Below are positions 1 to 10,061 of a stretch of DNA of 64,000 nucleotides, one piece after another. This DNA is from Methylophilaceae bacterium (GTDB lineage Bacteria > Pseudomonadota > Gammaproteobacteria > Burkholderiales > Methylophilaceae). The DNA lies in NCBI GenBank assembly GCA_013141125.1, contig JABFRO010000003.1:46458-110457 (forward strand), read 5' to 3'. Both the position numbers and the translations under genes were made by a program. Position 1 is the stretch's first letter. Each line of letters starts with the position of its first letter. Under the pieces are notes generated by a model. That model did no database searches. It was not told the DNA's origin and was given only the letters and a program-made list of their open reading frames with translations.

Positions 1-258
1 CAAGTTTGCAATCGGCGTTTGCGTATGAATCGAGCGACCAAAATCTCCATGCGCCAGTTTGTTTAAATACGTAGCAAACTGTATCACCAAGGGCCGGTCT
101 AATCCCAAATCAGCGCGCAATTCTGTCCTGTCTGCCTGCGTGGCTGATTCCCCCAGCATCACATCCACCGGATCTCCCGGCACCAAATGCACCAACAGGA
201 AAGTCAGCAGCAGCACGCCAAATACCACAGGAATGACACCCAATAAACGTTTAATCAC
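1..258 (-). CDS. ABC transporter permease (DppB/OppB-like), N-terminal part; gene runs off the window
   Basis: Own minus-strand translation from GTG at 258: VIKRLLGVIPVVFGVLLLTFLLVHLVPGDPVDVMLGE..., a typical peptide-permease N-terminus. The start overlaps the upstream stop (GTGA). Confidence 0.6.
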   Translation of the reverse strand, partial: MIKRLLGVIPVVFGVLLLTFLLVHLVPGDPVDVMLGESATQADRTELRADLGLDRPLVIQFATYLNKLAHGDFGRSIHTQTPIANL

Positions 259-806
259 GGCAGTTCCTCAGCCTGCGTATCAACAATATTCACTGGCGTA
301 CCTACGGCCACCCAATCAAATAGCTCGACCAAATCGGCATTGCGCATACGTATGCAACCATGCGAGCCCGGTTTGCCCATGGGCTGGTCATCCGGTGTGC
401 CATGTATGTAAATATAGCGCTGCATGGTATCGACATTGCCCAGCCGGTTGCTGCCCAGCTCGCAACCGGAAAGCCAGAGAATGCGCGTTAAAATCCAATC
501 GCGCTGGGGATAGGCTGCGGCCAATTGCGGCGACCAGATTTCCCCGGTAGCACGGCGGCCGACAAATACCGCATTTGGCGGCGCATCGGCACCAATTTTG
601 GCGCGGATGATGTGCTTGCCCAAAGGTGTGCAGCCGCTGCCTTTTTCGCTGCCTATGCCATTGGCGGCGGTAGAAATACGGTATTGTTTTTTGATGTCGC
701 CAACAGCATCGAATAACGTCAGGGTTTGACTGGGGATGGAGATTTCAATACGCATAATTTTAGAATGGCGGCTTACGTGCAGTATGAAATACATGAGGAA
801 TTTCAA
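255..806 (-). CDS. L,D-transpeptidase family protein (YkuD domain)
   Basis: Catalytic motif HGTPDDQPMGKPGSHGCIRM. An alternative start at 755 (MRIEISIPSQ) is possible. Confidence 0.8.
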   Translation of the reverse strand: MKFLMYFILHVSRHSKIMRIEISIPSQTLTLFDAVGDIKKQYRISTAANGIGSEKGSGCTPLGKHIIRAKIGADAPPNAVFVGRRATGEIWSPQLAAAYPQRDWILTRILWLSGCELGSNRLGNVDTMQRYIYIHGTPDDQPMGKPGSHGCIRMRNADLVELFDWVAVGTPVNIVDTQAEELP

Positions 807-874
807 GTCTATTCTATGAGGTCTGAATTCGCAAGCTTGACATTAGTGTGACACCAGCATACCTTGCCATCGCT

Positions 875-1387
875 ATGGCAACCCCCAAAAAACCCGATCA
901 AAAGAATTACATCACTCCCCAAGGCCATGCGGCGATTGAGGCCGAGTTTACGCACTTGCTGAAAGTAGAGCGGCCTGAGGTGGTGCGCGTGGTTTCATGG
1001 GCGGCAGGCAATGGTGACCGCTCTGAAAATGGTGATTACATCTACGGCAAAAGACGTTTGCGCCAGATTGATGGACGTTTGCGCTTTTTGATGCAGCGCA
1101 TGGATCTCGCTGTCATCGTAGACCCGGCGACACAACAGGGCTTGGAGAAAGTTTACTTTGGGGCTTGGGTCACTTTGTATTCTTTGGAACGCGAGACGGA
1201 GCATGTTTACCGTATTGTCGGCCAGGATGAGCTGGAGCCTACCAAAGGCTGGATTAGCTGGGTTTCGCCTTTGGCCAAGGCCATGCTGGGCAAACAGATT
1301 GGCGATATTGTGAAAGTGCAAACACCTGCCGGTGAAGAAGAATATGAAGTGCAAGACATCCGCTATCGGGCCGAGAATGACGAATAA
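875..1387 (+). CDS. greB: transcription elongation factor GreB
   Basis: ERPEVVRVVSWAAGNGDRSENGDYIYGKRRLRQIDGRLRFL matches the Gre coiled-coil and acidic-tip region. The internal ATG (MATPKK) is preferred over the GTG at 848. Confidence 0.85.
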   Translation: MATPKKPDQKNYITPQGHAAIEAEFTHLLKVERPEVVRVVSWAAGNGDRSENGDYIYGKRRLRQIDGRLRFLMQRMDLAVIVDPATQQGLEKVYFGAWVTLYSLERETEHVYRIVGQDELEPTKGWISWVSPLAKAMLGKQIGDIVKVQTPAGEEEYEVQDIRYRAENDE

Positions 1388-1423
1388 GGCCTTCTGGAAA
1401 TTCATATTCTCAGAAAAAATCTG

Positions 1424-2608
1424 ATGCAAACCAAGCCGTTGCCAGTGTTGCCGCCTCAGCGTTGGGATATTTTCTGCCGCGTTATTGATAACTATGGCGA
1501 TATTGGCGTTTGCTGGCGTTTAGCCAGACAGCTGGCGCATGAGCATGGCCTTGCTGTACGTTTATGGGTGGATGAGCTGGAAATTGCAAAGCGCTTGATT
1601 CCGACTCTGGATTCCAGATCGGTGCGGCAAACCATAGCCCGCATTGACATTTGTCATTGGCCGGACGTGTTTCCTGATGCTGCCGTTGCGGATGTCGTGA
1701 TTGAAGCTTTTGCTTGTGAATTGCCGCAAAATTATGTTTTAGCTATGGCTGAAAGGCCTCAACAACCGGTGTGGCTGAATCTGGAATATCTCTCGGCAGA
1801 AACCTGGGTGGATAATTTTCATCTGCAACGTTCGCCGCATCCGATTTTGCCACTTACCAAGTATTTTTTCTTCCCTGGCTTTAGCTTGCATACAGGCGGA
1901 TTAATCCGTGAAAAAAACCTCATTGAACAGCGTGAAATGTTTCAACGCTCGAGTTCTGCGCAAGCCACTTTCTGGCAGCGTTTGAGTGTTGTAAATGAAT
2001 CGGCGTTAAAAATTTCGTTGTTTTGCTATGCGGATGCGCCTATTGCTGATCTTCTGGAAGTATTGGCTCAGCATGAGCAAGCTGTACTATGTCTGGTTCC
2101 GGAAAGTGTTGCTTTATCTATTATTGCGAAATATTTTGCCAGTGAAGAGCAAAAAGTGCCGCTGGAAATTGGCCAACAATATCAAAAAGGCAATCTCACG
2201 CTGCAAATACTGCCTTTCCTTGCAGCGGAAACTTACGATCAGCTACTGTGGGCGTGCGATCTCAACTTTGTACGCGGGGAAGATAGCTGGATACGCGCTC
2301 TATGGGCGGCAAAGCCCTTTATCTGGCAACCTTACCGGCAACAAGAGGAAACGCATCTCATCAAGTTAAATGCGTTTATTGAGCGCTATGGTAGCGGCCT
2401 CAACGCAAGCAGCCGCGAAGTGTTAGATGATTTTCATCATAACTGGTGTAGCCATACATTTGCGCCATCCAACGCGCGTGCACTTTTACTGCACTTGCCC
2501 GCGCTACAACTTCATGCAACAACACAAACAAATCAATTTGCTAAGCCAGTAGATCTAGCCTCTGCGCTTACGACTTTTGCGGCGACTTTTTGCGAAAATA
2601 AGTTATAA
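1424..2608 (+). CDS. earP: EF-P arginine rhamnosyltransferase EarP
   Basis: N-terminal WDIFCRVIDNYGDIGVCWRLARQL motif; lies directly upstream of an Arg32-type efp. Confidence 0.85.
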   Translation: MQTKPLPVLPPQRWDIFCRVIDNYGDIGVCWRLARQLAHEHGLAVRLWVDELEIAKRLIPTLDSRSVRQTIARIDICHWPDVFPDAAVADVVIEAFACELPQNYVLAMAERPQQPVWLNLEYLSAETWVDNFHLQRSPHPILPLTKYFFFPGFSLHTGGLIREKNLIEQREMFQRSSSAQATFWQRLSVVNESALKISLFCYADAPIADLLEVLAQHEQAVLCLVPESVALSIIAKYFASEEQKVPLEIGQQYQKGNLTLQILPFLAAETYDQLLWACDLNFVRGEDSWIRALWAAKPFIWQPYRQQEETHLIKLNAFIERYGSGLNASSREVLDDFHHNWCSHTFAPSNARALLLHLPALQLHATTQTNQFAKPVDLASALTTFAATFCENKL

Positions 2609-2674
2609 TGCGCGGTTTTTCGTGCTGGCTTATTTAGCGCTATCAAACTTTAATCTCAACAAGCAGGACAATAT

Positions 2675-3232
2675 ATGAAAACAGCTCAAGAAGTTCGCGT
2701 AGGTAACGTCATCATGATCGGCAATGATCCACTCGTCGTATTAAAAGCGGAATACAACAAGTCAGGCCGCAATTCAGCGGTGGTTAAAATGAAATTCAAG
2801 AATCTGCTCACCGAAGCGCCAAGCGAATCCATTTATCGCGCGGATGACAAATTCGACGTGGTGGTGCTGGAGAAGAAGGAAGTGACCTATTCCTACTTTG
2901 CTGACCCAGCGTATGTATTCATGGATGCCGAATACAACCAATATGATATTGACGCTGAATTTATGGCCGAGGCATTGAACTACCTGGAAGTTGGCATGGC
3001 CTGTGATGTACGTTTTTATAACGATAAAGCCATCTCGGTTGATTTGCCCAACTCAGTGGTGCGTGAAATCACTTACACCGAGCCAGCAGTCAAGGGTGAT
3101 ACTTCAGGTAAGGTAATGAAGCCAGCCAAGATTGCCAGCGGTTTTGAATTGCCCGTACCGCTATTTTGCGCAACGGGTGACAAGATTGAAATTGATACGC
3201 GTACCAATGAATACAGAAACCGTGTGAAATAA
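2675..3232 (+). CDS. efp: elongation factor P (Arg32 type)
   Basis: [13 protein letters not shown]...YNKSGR32[13 protein letters not shown]; full-length 185 aa. Confidence 0.95.
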   Translation: MKTAQEVRVGNVIMIGNDPLVVLKAEYNKSGRNSAVVKMKFKNLLTEAPSESIYRADDKFDVVVLEKKEVTYSYFADPAYVFMDAEYNQYDIDAEFMAEALNYLEVGMACDVRFYNDKAISVDLPNSVVREITYTEPAVKGDTSGKVMKPAKIASGFELPVPLFCATGDKIEIDTRTNEYRNRVK

Positions 3233-3252
3233 TTCAAATAAATTGAAAACTT

Positions 3253-3278
3253 AAAAAAGGAGCTGCGGCTCCTTTTTT
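3253..3278. terminator. bidirectional rho-independent terminator
   Basis: aaaaaaGGAGCtgcgGCTCCtttttt between the convergent efp and channel genes. Confidence 0.7.
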
Positions 3279-4119
3279 ATTTTCTAGCCTGGATATTCTC
3301 GTGAATGAGTGCAACATCATCTCTGGTTGCATTTGTTGTGTTATCTAACGCATGATGATTAAGTAAGCGCTCTATGTTTTCCAGCCGCTCAGCAATTTGC
3401 TTGAGCTGAACATCTACCTGTTTTTCTTCTTTTTCGACTTTTTTCACCTCGCTACCGATCAAAAAAGCGGATAGATTCGCTGTCAGTAACGAGACCAGAA
3501 CCACGCCCAGCAAAATCACCAAAGCACCAAAAAAACGCCCGGCTCCGCTAATGGGAACAATGTCTCCGTAACCGGTGTGACTAATCGTCACCCATGCCCA
3601 CCACATGCCATCCCAGGCATTACCTATGCTGGGGTCTATGTGGGAAACAATAATGCCTGACAGCATCACAATGACCGAAGTTACCAGTAATGTGGGGCCG
3701 ACCTGGCCTTGGGCAAGATATTTACGGAAGCGGGGAGATACGCGGAAAATCAGAAACAACATAATCATTAAACGCAAATTACGCAGGGCTCCAACCAGTG
3801 GGGTCTCTGTCCAAACTATAGGAAATCCACCAAAAATAATGAGCAGATTCATCCAGTTATTGCACAGATAACGCCATTTATCACGTGCCAGCGTGGTTAT
3901 CAGTGCGGTTTCAAGCAGGAAAATTAGCCAGATAGCCCAATCGAAGTAGTGCGCCGTTGTCAGGCTAATTGCGTGAACTTCTTCCAGATACCACTGAATA
4001 GGAATCCAGATCGCCACCAGTAAAACAGGCCATTGCAATCGTTCCGCCCAGCGCAGTGCTGTTATGCGTTCATTTGGGTCTATGCCAGTAACACCCAGCA
4101 ATTGCCTGACTTTTATCAC
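3277..4119 (-). CDS. potassium channel family protein
   Basis: Multiple TM helices and a selectivity-filter motif TISHTGYGDIVP. Confidence 0.75.
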   Translation of the reverse strand: MIKVRQLLGVTGIDPNERITALRWAERLQWPVLLVAIWIPIQWYLEEVHAISLTTAHYFDWAIWLIFLLETALITTLARDKWRYLCNNWMNLLIIFGGFPIVWTETPLVGALRNLRLMIMLFLIFRVSPRFRKYLAQGQVGPTLLVTSVIVMLSGIIVSHIDPSIGNAWDGMWWAWVTISHTGYGDIVPISGAGRFFGALVILLGVVLVSLLTANLSAFLIGSEVKKVEKEEKQVDVQLKQIAERLENIERLLNHHALDNTTNATRDDVALIHENIQARK

Positions 4120-4199
4120 CCAATACCTCGTTATTTCGGTTTAACTGGCAAGAATACTCGCCATTGGCAAAACCCAATCAAGATTGGTCACTAAATTAA

Positions 4200-5336
4200 T
4201 TAGCCTCGCCCACGGGTTTTATCACTGCGTTTTTGCTGTGCGGGCTCATTCAGATCGCTGGTTTGGCGAACACGGCGATTCGTCGCTACTGGCTTTCTGG
4301 GTTTGCTTGTGGGCTTGCTTGCCGGAGTGGGTCTGCTTCCTGGTATGTGCTCTCCTACTCTGCGACGTGCGTTTTTGGGTGCGCTGGAGTTATCTGCTGC
4401 CGGTTCGGCCAAAGCTGTCCGGCCAGCGGAACTACGTCTGGCTGGCTCCTTGCGTTCCTTTGGTGTAAAAACCTTGGAAGCACTTTCTATTTCGCGTGCT
4501 GTACGTTGACGTAACGGCGCGCGTGGCACTTCCAGCCCAGCCCACTCTAGCAGGCCTATAACTTCCTTTGGTTCCAGCTCTAGCATTTGGCCACGCTTTA
4601 CCCGTGGCGGCAGATTAATCGGACCGAAGCGCACGCGCATCAAACGGCTAACAGGTAGCTGTAGCGACTCAAACAAACGGCGCACTTCGCGGTTACGGCC
4701 TTCGCGCAGAACCACTTTATACCAATGGTTGGAACCTTCGCCGCCTAGCGGATGGATGACATCAAAGCTTGCCGGGCCATCTTCCAGCTCTATACCTTGT
4801 GTCAGTTGCAGCAGTTGTTCCTCGGTTAATTCGCCAAAAATGCGCACCGCATATTCACGTTCAACTTCGTAGCGTGGATGCATGAAGTAATTGGCCAGTT
4901 CGCCCGAGGTTGTGAAAATCAACAAGCCTGAAGTATTCATATCCAAGCGGCCAATGGCTACCCAGCGCGCACCTTTGATATGCGGCAGTTTGTCGAATAC
5001 GGTGGCACGCTTTTCCGGGTCATCCTGCGTTACTATTTCGCCTTCCGGCTTGTGATAGATCAGCACTTTCGGTAATTCGGCTTCAAATGGCAAGCGCAAT
5101 GGGCGGCTATCCAGCCGCACAATATCAGAAGGCAGCACACCAGCGCCAACGATGGCCACTTCGCCATTAATGGTAATGCGGCCGCTGGCAATCAATGTTT
5201 CCATCTCGCGCCGTGAACCCAGCCCGGAGAGTGCTAAAAGCTTATGCAGCCGCTGCGTGGGTGCGTCCGGGTCAATGGCTACGGGTCTGGTGCTTGCTGC
5301 ACGCGGGTCGCGTTGTTGTTTAAACGGACGTGCCAT
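4200..5336 (-). CDS. rluB: 23S rRNA pseudouridine synthase RluB
   Basis: S4 domain (LHKLLALSGLGSRREMETLIASGRITING), an RsuA/RluB catalytic core (GRLDMNTSGLL) and a basic C-terminal tail. Confidence 0.85.
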   Translation of the reverse strand: MARPFKQQRDPRAASTRPVAIDPDAPTQRLHKLLALSGLGSRREMETLIASGRITINGEVAIVGAGVLPSDIVRLDSRPLRLPFEAELPKVLIYHKPEGEIVTQDDPEKRATVFDKLPHIKGARWVAIGRLDMNTSGLLIFTTSGELANYFMHPRYEVEREYAVRIFGELTEEQLLQLTQGIELEDGPASFDVIHPLGGEGSNHWYKVVLREGRNREVRRLFESLQLPVSRLMRVRFGPINLPPRVKRGQMLELEPKEVIGLLEWAGLEVPRAPLRQRTAREIESASKVFTPKERKEPARRSSAGRTALAEPAADNSSAPKNARRRVGEHIPGSRPTPASKPTSKPRKPVATNRRVRQTSDLNEPAQQKRSDKTRGRG

Positions 5337-5373
5337 AATTTTTTCTCTTGTAATTCATTTGGTTGCAATGCTC

Positions 5374-6576
5374 TTAGTTATAATTCAGGCCCATGGCTTC
5401 GCGTACTTCACGCATGGTTTCTTTTGCCAGTTTTCGTGCACGCTCACAGCCTTCTGCCACCACATTTTTTACCAGCGTAGGATCTTCAGAGTATTCTGCG
5501 GCACGCTCTTGTATGGGTTTGAGTTCCGCGAGTACGCCTTGAATCACCGGTTGTTTACATTCAATGCAGCCTATGCCTGCACTGCGGCAACCATTCTGCA
5601 CCCAGGTTTTAGTGCTGTCGTCCGAATAAACTTCATGCAATTGCCATACTGGACATTTGGCTGGGTCGCCAGCATCCGTACGGCGTATACGTGCCGGATC
5701 GGTAGGCATGGTTTTGATTTTCTTGGCAACCAGATCCGGCGACTCACGCAGGGAAATCGTATTGTTATAGGATTTGGACATTTTCTGCCCATCCAGACCA
5801 AACATTTTTGAGGCCGGTGTTAATTTGTATTCCGGCTCGACTAGAATCATTTTGCCGCCGCCTTCCAGATAACCCAATAAACGCTCGGAATCACCCAGGC
5901 TTAAGCCTTGTTGTTCTTCTACCAAGGCACGGGCTGATTCCAGCGCTTCATCATCACCACTTTCCTGATAACGGTTGCGTAATTCGTCATACAGCGCGCC
6001 TTTTTTACCACCCAACTTTTTGATCGCTGCGTGGGCTTTTTCTTCAAACCCTGGCTCACGGCCATAAATATGATTAAAACGACGCGCAATCTCACGCGTG
6101 AATTCAATATGCGGGATTTGATCTTCGCCTACTGGCACCTGCGTGGCTTTGTAAATTAGAATATCCGCGCTTTGTAATAGGGGATAGCCCAAAAAGCCAT
6201 AAGTAGATAAATCCTTATGCGCAAGTTTTTCCTGTTGATCTTTGTAGGTTGGCACACGCTCCAGCCAGCCCAGCGGCGTAATCATCGACAGCAAGGTGAA
6301 TAATTCTGCATGTTCGGGTACGCGGGATTGAATAAAAATTGTGGCGTTGGCCGGGTCAACGCCGGCTGCAAGCCAATCCACCACCATTTCCCACACATTG
6401 TCTTCAATGACTTGTGGGGTATCGTAATGCGTAGTAAGGGCGTGCCAATCCGCGACAAAAAACAGGCATTCCTGCTCATGTTGCAGCTTGATCCAGTTTT
6501 TCAAAACGCCGTGGTAGTGGCCTAAATGCAACAGCCCGGTAGGGCGCATCCCCGATAATATGCGTTCAACTGCCAT
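5374..6576 (-). CDS. trpS: tryptophan--tRNA ligase (long form with C-terminal Cys cluster)
   Basis: HIGH-like GLLHLGHYHG and KMSKS. C-terminal Cys motif: C, 21 residues, C, 6 residues, C, 2 residues, C. Confidence 0.95.
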   Translation of the reverse strand: MAVERILSGMRPTGLLHLGHYHGVLKNWIKLQHEQECLFFVADWHALTTHYDTPQVIEDNVWEMVVDWLAAGVDPANATIFIQSRVPEHAELFTLLSMITPLGWLERVPTYKDQQEKLAHKDLSTYGFLGYPLLQSADILIYKATQVPVGEDQIPHIEFTREIARRFNHIYGREPGFEEKAHAAIKKLGGKKGALYDELRNRYQESGDDEALESARALVEEQQGLSLGDSERLLGYLEGGGKMILVEPEYKLTPASKMFGLDGQKMSKSYNNTISLRESPDLVAKKIKTMPTDPARIRRTDAGDPAKCPVWQLHEVYSDDSTKTWVQNGCRSAGIGCIECKQPVIQGVLAELKPIQERAAEYSEDPTLVKNVVAEGCERARKLAKETMREVREAMGLNYN

Positions 6577-6623
6577 TTCTAAATCTCAAAAACATTTCAA
6601 AACCTCAAGTTAAAGTCTAGCGC

Positions 6624-7295
6624 TCAAAAAATAATCCAAGTAATCAAATTTAAAACAATACCTATCATAGGCCATAAAATATTACCCAGCACATGGGTGA
6701 ACATCAGTACGATTAAAATAATAAAACCATATGGCTCTATCTGGGCAAGGCGATAAGCCAGGCGGTTAGGTAACAAGCTTACGGCAATGCGCCCACCATC
6801 CAGTGGCGGTAGTGGCAATAAATTAAGCACCATCAGTATCACATTGATGATAATGCCTGCGGCTCCCATTAAAGCTAAAGGTGTGGCTATGAAATCAGGA
6901 AACACTGAAGAAAATTTAATAGCCAGTGCCCAAAATAAAGCCATGACTAAATTAGCCCCTGGCCCGGCAGCAGCAACCCATAACATATCGCGCTTGGGGT
7001 GGCGTAATTTTGAAAAATTAACAGGGACGGGCTTTGCCCAACCGAACAAAATACCACCGACCAACATAGTTAGTGCGGGAATCAGCAAAGTGCCAACGGG
7101 GTCGATGTGACGCAAGGGGTTGAGGCTAATGCGACCAGCAGCATCCGCTGTCATATCGCCAAAATGGCGCGCTGCATAGCCATGTGCTGCCTCGTGTACG
7201 GTTATGGCAAAAATCACAGGGAGCGCATAAACCGTAATGCGTTGCACGGTATCCAGATTGGAAAGTGATTGTAGTAATAATTGAAGGACTTCCAT
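6624..7295 (-). CDS. site-2 protease family (M50) membrane metalloprotease
   Basis: HEAAHGY zinc motif in a polytopic membrane protein. Confidence 0.8.
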   Translation of the reverse strand: MEVLQLLLQSLSNLDTVQRITVYALPVIFAITVHEAAHGYAARHFGDMTADAAGRISLNPLRHIDPVGTLLIPALTMLVGGILFGWAKPVPVNFSKLRHPKRDMLWVAAAGPGANLVMALFWALAIKFSSVFPDFIATPLALMGAAGIIINVILMVLNLLPLPPLDGGRIAVSLLPNRLAYRLAQIEPYGFIILIVLMFTHVLGNILWPMIGIVLNLITWIIF

Positions 7296-7306
7296 AGTGG
7301 GTATCT

Positions 7307-7930
7307 TTACAGTCCAAACGGCTTCGGATCACCCGCGCCCAGGCGGATCAGCTGTGGTGCTTCACCGGTTAAATCAATCACTGTTGTCGGCGTTGCCAAG
7401 CAGGCTCCGGCATCTATCACCAAATCCACTTGGCGTTCCAGTCGGTCACGAATTTCCCATGCTTCATTGAGCGGTTCTTCTTCACCGAGCAATGACAAGG
7501 TCATGCTTAATAAGGGCTGATTCAGTGCCTCAAGAATCGCCAATGTCACTGCGTGTTGCGGCACACGTAAACCAACAGTACTGCGTTTGGGGTGTTGTAA
7601 ACGGCGTGGTACTTCCTTGGTGGCTTTAAGCAAAAAAGTATAACGTCCCGGTGTGTTGGCTTTTAATAAGCGAAACTGGCTGTTATCCACTTGCGCATAG
7701 CTCGCCAATTCAGCCAGATTGCGGCACACTAAAGTGAAGTGGCGCGATTCATCCACCCCGCGTATCTCACGAATACGCTCTTGAGCTTGTTTATTGCCCA
7801 GTATGCAGCCCAAGGCATAACTTGAATCGGTTGGATAAGCAATGACTCCGCCGCCTAGCAGAATTTCTACGGATTGCTGAACCAGTCTGGTCTGTGGATT
7901 CTCTGGATGTATGACAAAATATTGCGCCAT
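7307..7930 (-). CDS. yciO: YrdC/Sua5-family protein, YciO-like
   Basis: YPTDSSYALGC and NTPGRYTFLLKATKEVPRRL. Collinear with my recollection of E. coli YciO and adjacent to a yciV-like gene. Confidence 0.85.
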   Translation of the reverse strand: MAQYFVIHPENPQTRLVQQSVEILLGGGVIAYPTDSSYALGCILGNKQAQERIREIRGVDESRHFTLVCRNLAELASYAQVDNSQFRLLKANTPGRYTFLLKATKEVPRRLQHPKRSTVGLRVPQHAVTLAILEALNQPLLSMTLSLLGEEEPLNEAWEIRDRLERQVDLVIDAGACLATPTTVIDLTGEAPQLIRLGAGDPKPFGL

Positions 7931-8811
7931 TAGTATGCGCCTGCTTTCATTTGAGGTTGCATTGCTATCTCATCAATTCCCGGCCAGTTTTGCCATACCG
8001 GCACACAGCCGTCAGGCAGTTCCGGCAATCGCCCCATATCCATATAATTGTGTCCCGGACCATGATAATCCGAGCCCTGTGAGGCTTGCAGGCCAAACAG
8101 CCTGGCCAGCTTGGCAAATTCCTGATATTGCTCTACGGTATGGCTACCTGTTACCACTTCAATGGCGCTACCGCCCAGATTGCGGAACTCTTCCAATAAC
8201 AGCAGCATATTGGTGCGACCCAAATCATAACGTCCGGGATGTGCCAATACGGCGACCCCGCCGCTGCCAGTTATCCAGGAGATCGCCTCTTCCAAACTTG
8301 CCCAGCTGTGTTCAAAATAGCCGGGCTTGCCTTTGACCAGATAGTTTTTAAATACGGCTCGAATATTGGGAGCCCAACCTTGTCCGACTAGAAACTGTGC
8401 AAAATGGGTGCGGCTGATAATGCCTTGTCTGGCGTAAGAATAGGCACCGTCCAAACTGCCCTGAATGCCGATTTTCTCCAAGCCATCCGCCATGTTTTTT
8501 GCGCGTATGTGGCGCCCCGCGCGAATTTCGAGCAAACCCTTTGCCAATGGGGCATGGTCAGGATTTATATTCAAGCCAACAATATGCAGAGTGCGCCGGT
8601 GCCATGTCACAGAAATTTCCACGCCTGGAATCAACGTTATTCCGTGTCGATCTGCAGTGACTTTGGCTTCAATAAAGCCTGCGGTGTCGTCGTGATCTGT
8701 CAAAGCCAAAGCACGCACTCCCTTGCTGGCGGCGTACGTCACCAGCTCTTCCGGCGTTAACAAGCCGTCAGAAACAGTCGAGTGGCTATGCAGGTCTATC
8801 ATGGATGGCAT
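7930..8811 (-). CDS. trpH: PHP-domain phosphoesterase (TrpH/YciV family)
   Basis: IDLHSHSTVSDG N-terminus and HPGRY motif. Confidence 0.85.
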   Translation of the reverse strand: MPSMIDLHSHSTVSDGLLTPEELVTYAASKGVRALALTDHDDTAGFIEAKVTADRHGITLIPGVEISVTWHRRTLHIVGLNINPDHAPLAKGLLEIRAGRHIRAKNMADGLEKIGIQGSLDGAYSYARQGIISRTHFAQFLVGQGWAPNIRAVFKNYLVKGKPGYFEHSWASLEEAISWITGSGGVAVLAHPGRYDLGRTNMLLLLEEFRNLGGSAIEVVTGSHTVEQYQEFAKLARLFGLQASQGSDYHGPGHNYMDMGRLPELPDGCVPVWQNWPGIDEIAMQPQMKAGAY

Positions 8812-8904
8812 TGGATACTTTATATAAATTAACTTGTTTCACTGGCTGAATCATAGCAAAATACCGCGTTAACATATACTCTTACCTTTTGCTAAGGCTT
8901 CCCA

Positions 8905-9444
8905 ATGAAGTTTTTCTTTGACCTGTTTCCGGTCATCTTGTTTTTTATAGTCTTTAAATTTTTCGGAATTTATGCAGCCACAACCTCTGCTATCGTCGCT
9001 ACTCTGTGCCAGATTGGCTGGGTGAAATACAAGCATGGCAAGGTCGATGGCATGCTCATTGCCAGTGGTATCATCATTGTGGTTTTTGGCGGTGCCACGC
9101 TATTTCTGCATGATGAAAATTTCATCAAATGGAAGCCTACGGTTTTATATTGGCTGTTTACCGTTGCGCTGATTGGCACCAACCTTTTTGTCAAAAAAAA
9201 TCTGATACGTAGCATGATGGAGAAACAAATCTCCTTGCCGAATGCTGTCTGGAACAACCTTAATCTGGCTTGGGCACTGTTTTTTGCGTTATTGGGTTGC
9301 CTTAATCTCTATGTGGCGTTTAATTTTTCCACGGATACCTGGGTCAACTTTAAACTCTTTGGTACAACAGGTTTGATGCTGGTGTTTGTCATTGCACAAA
9401 GCCTGATGCTCAATAAATATATAACTGAAGCAGACTCCGAGTAA
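8905..9444 (+). CDS. yciB: intracellular septation protein A (YciB)
   Basis: [15 protein letters not shown]-terminus; 5-TM small membrane protein. Confidence 0.85.
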   Translation: MKFFFDLFPVILFFIVFKFFGIYAATTSAIVATLCQIGWVKYKHGKVDGMLIASGIIIVVFGGATLFLHDENFIKWKPTVLYWLFTVALIGTNLFVKKNLIRSMMEKQISLPNAVWNNLNLAWALFFALLGCLNLYVAFNFSTDTWVNFKLFGTTGLMLVFVIAQSLMLNKYITEADSE

Positions 9445-9457
9445 AAGGAAAGTGCCA

Positions 9458-9760
9458 ATGTGGTACGTCATTATTGCTGAAGATGCGCCCAACAGTCTGG
9501 TGCTACGCCAGGCAAGCCGTCCTGCTCACCTTGAACGTTTGCAGGCATTGCAAAATGCAGGGCGATTGTTGCTGGCCGGGCCTTTTCCTGCCATTGATAG
9601 CCAGGATCCTGGCTCAGCGGGCTTTACTGGCAGTCTGATTGTGGCCGAGTTTGACAATCTGGCTGAAGCTCAAGCTTGGGCGCAAGCGGATCCATTTGTA
9701 GCTTCAGGCGTATACGTCAAAGTATCCGTTAAACCTTTTCGCAAAACGTTGCCTGCATAA
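9458..9760 (+). CDS. YciI family protein
   Basis: About 100 aa with the YciI-like fold signature (AGPF...GSLIVAEFD...DPF). The ATG follows an AAGGAAAG Shine-Dalgarno sequence. Confidence 0.75.
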   Translation: MWYVIIAEDAPNSLVLRQASRPAHLERLQALQNAGRLLLAGPFPAIDSQDPGSAGFTGSLIVAEFDNLAEAQAWAQADPFVASGVYVKVSVKPFRKTLPA

Positions 9761-10033
9761 ATGACACTCATAGAAGAAATACGCGTTCGACTTTCTGTAC
9801 TTGCGCCCTTAGTGCTTGAAATCAAAGATGATAGTGCGCTACACGCTGGTCATCAAGGCAATGGCGGTGGCGGACACTTTTCGCTCACCGTAGTAAGCTC
9901 GCAATTTTGCGGAAAATCACAGATAATCCGTCATCGCTCTATTTATCAATTAGTTGCCGATTTAATGCCGCATCAAATTCATGCCTTAAGTATTCAAGCC
10001 ATTGCAACAGATGAATCACCCCCTAAACTTTAG
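9761..10033 (+). CDS. BolA family protein
   Basis: HAGH...HF.L.VVS..F.G...I.RH motif pattern. Confidence 0.8.
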   Translation: MTLIEEIRVRLSVLAPLVLEIKDDSALHAGHQGNGGGGHFSLTVVSSQFCGKSQIIRHRSIYQLVADLMPHQIHALSIQAIATDESPPKL

Positions 10034-10061
10034 TCACTTTTTAATCATCGAGGATTTGTAA

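Noticed and set aside
59-550. 163-aa plus-strand ORF
   Set aside because: It overlaps the permease and L,D-transpeptidase genes on the opposite strand. The Cys/Arg/Pro-rich translation looks non-protein-like.
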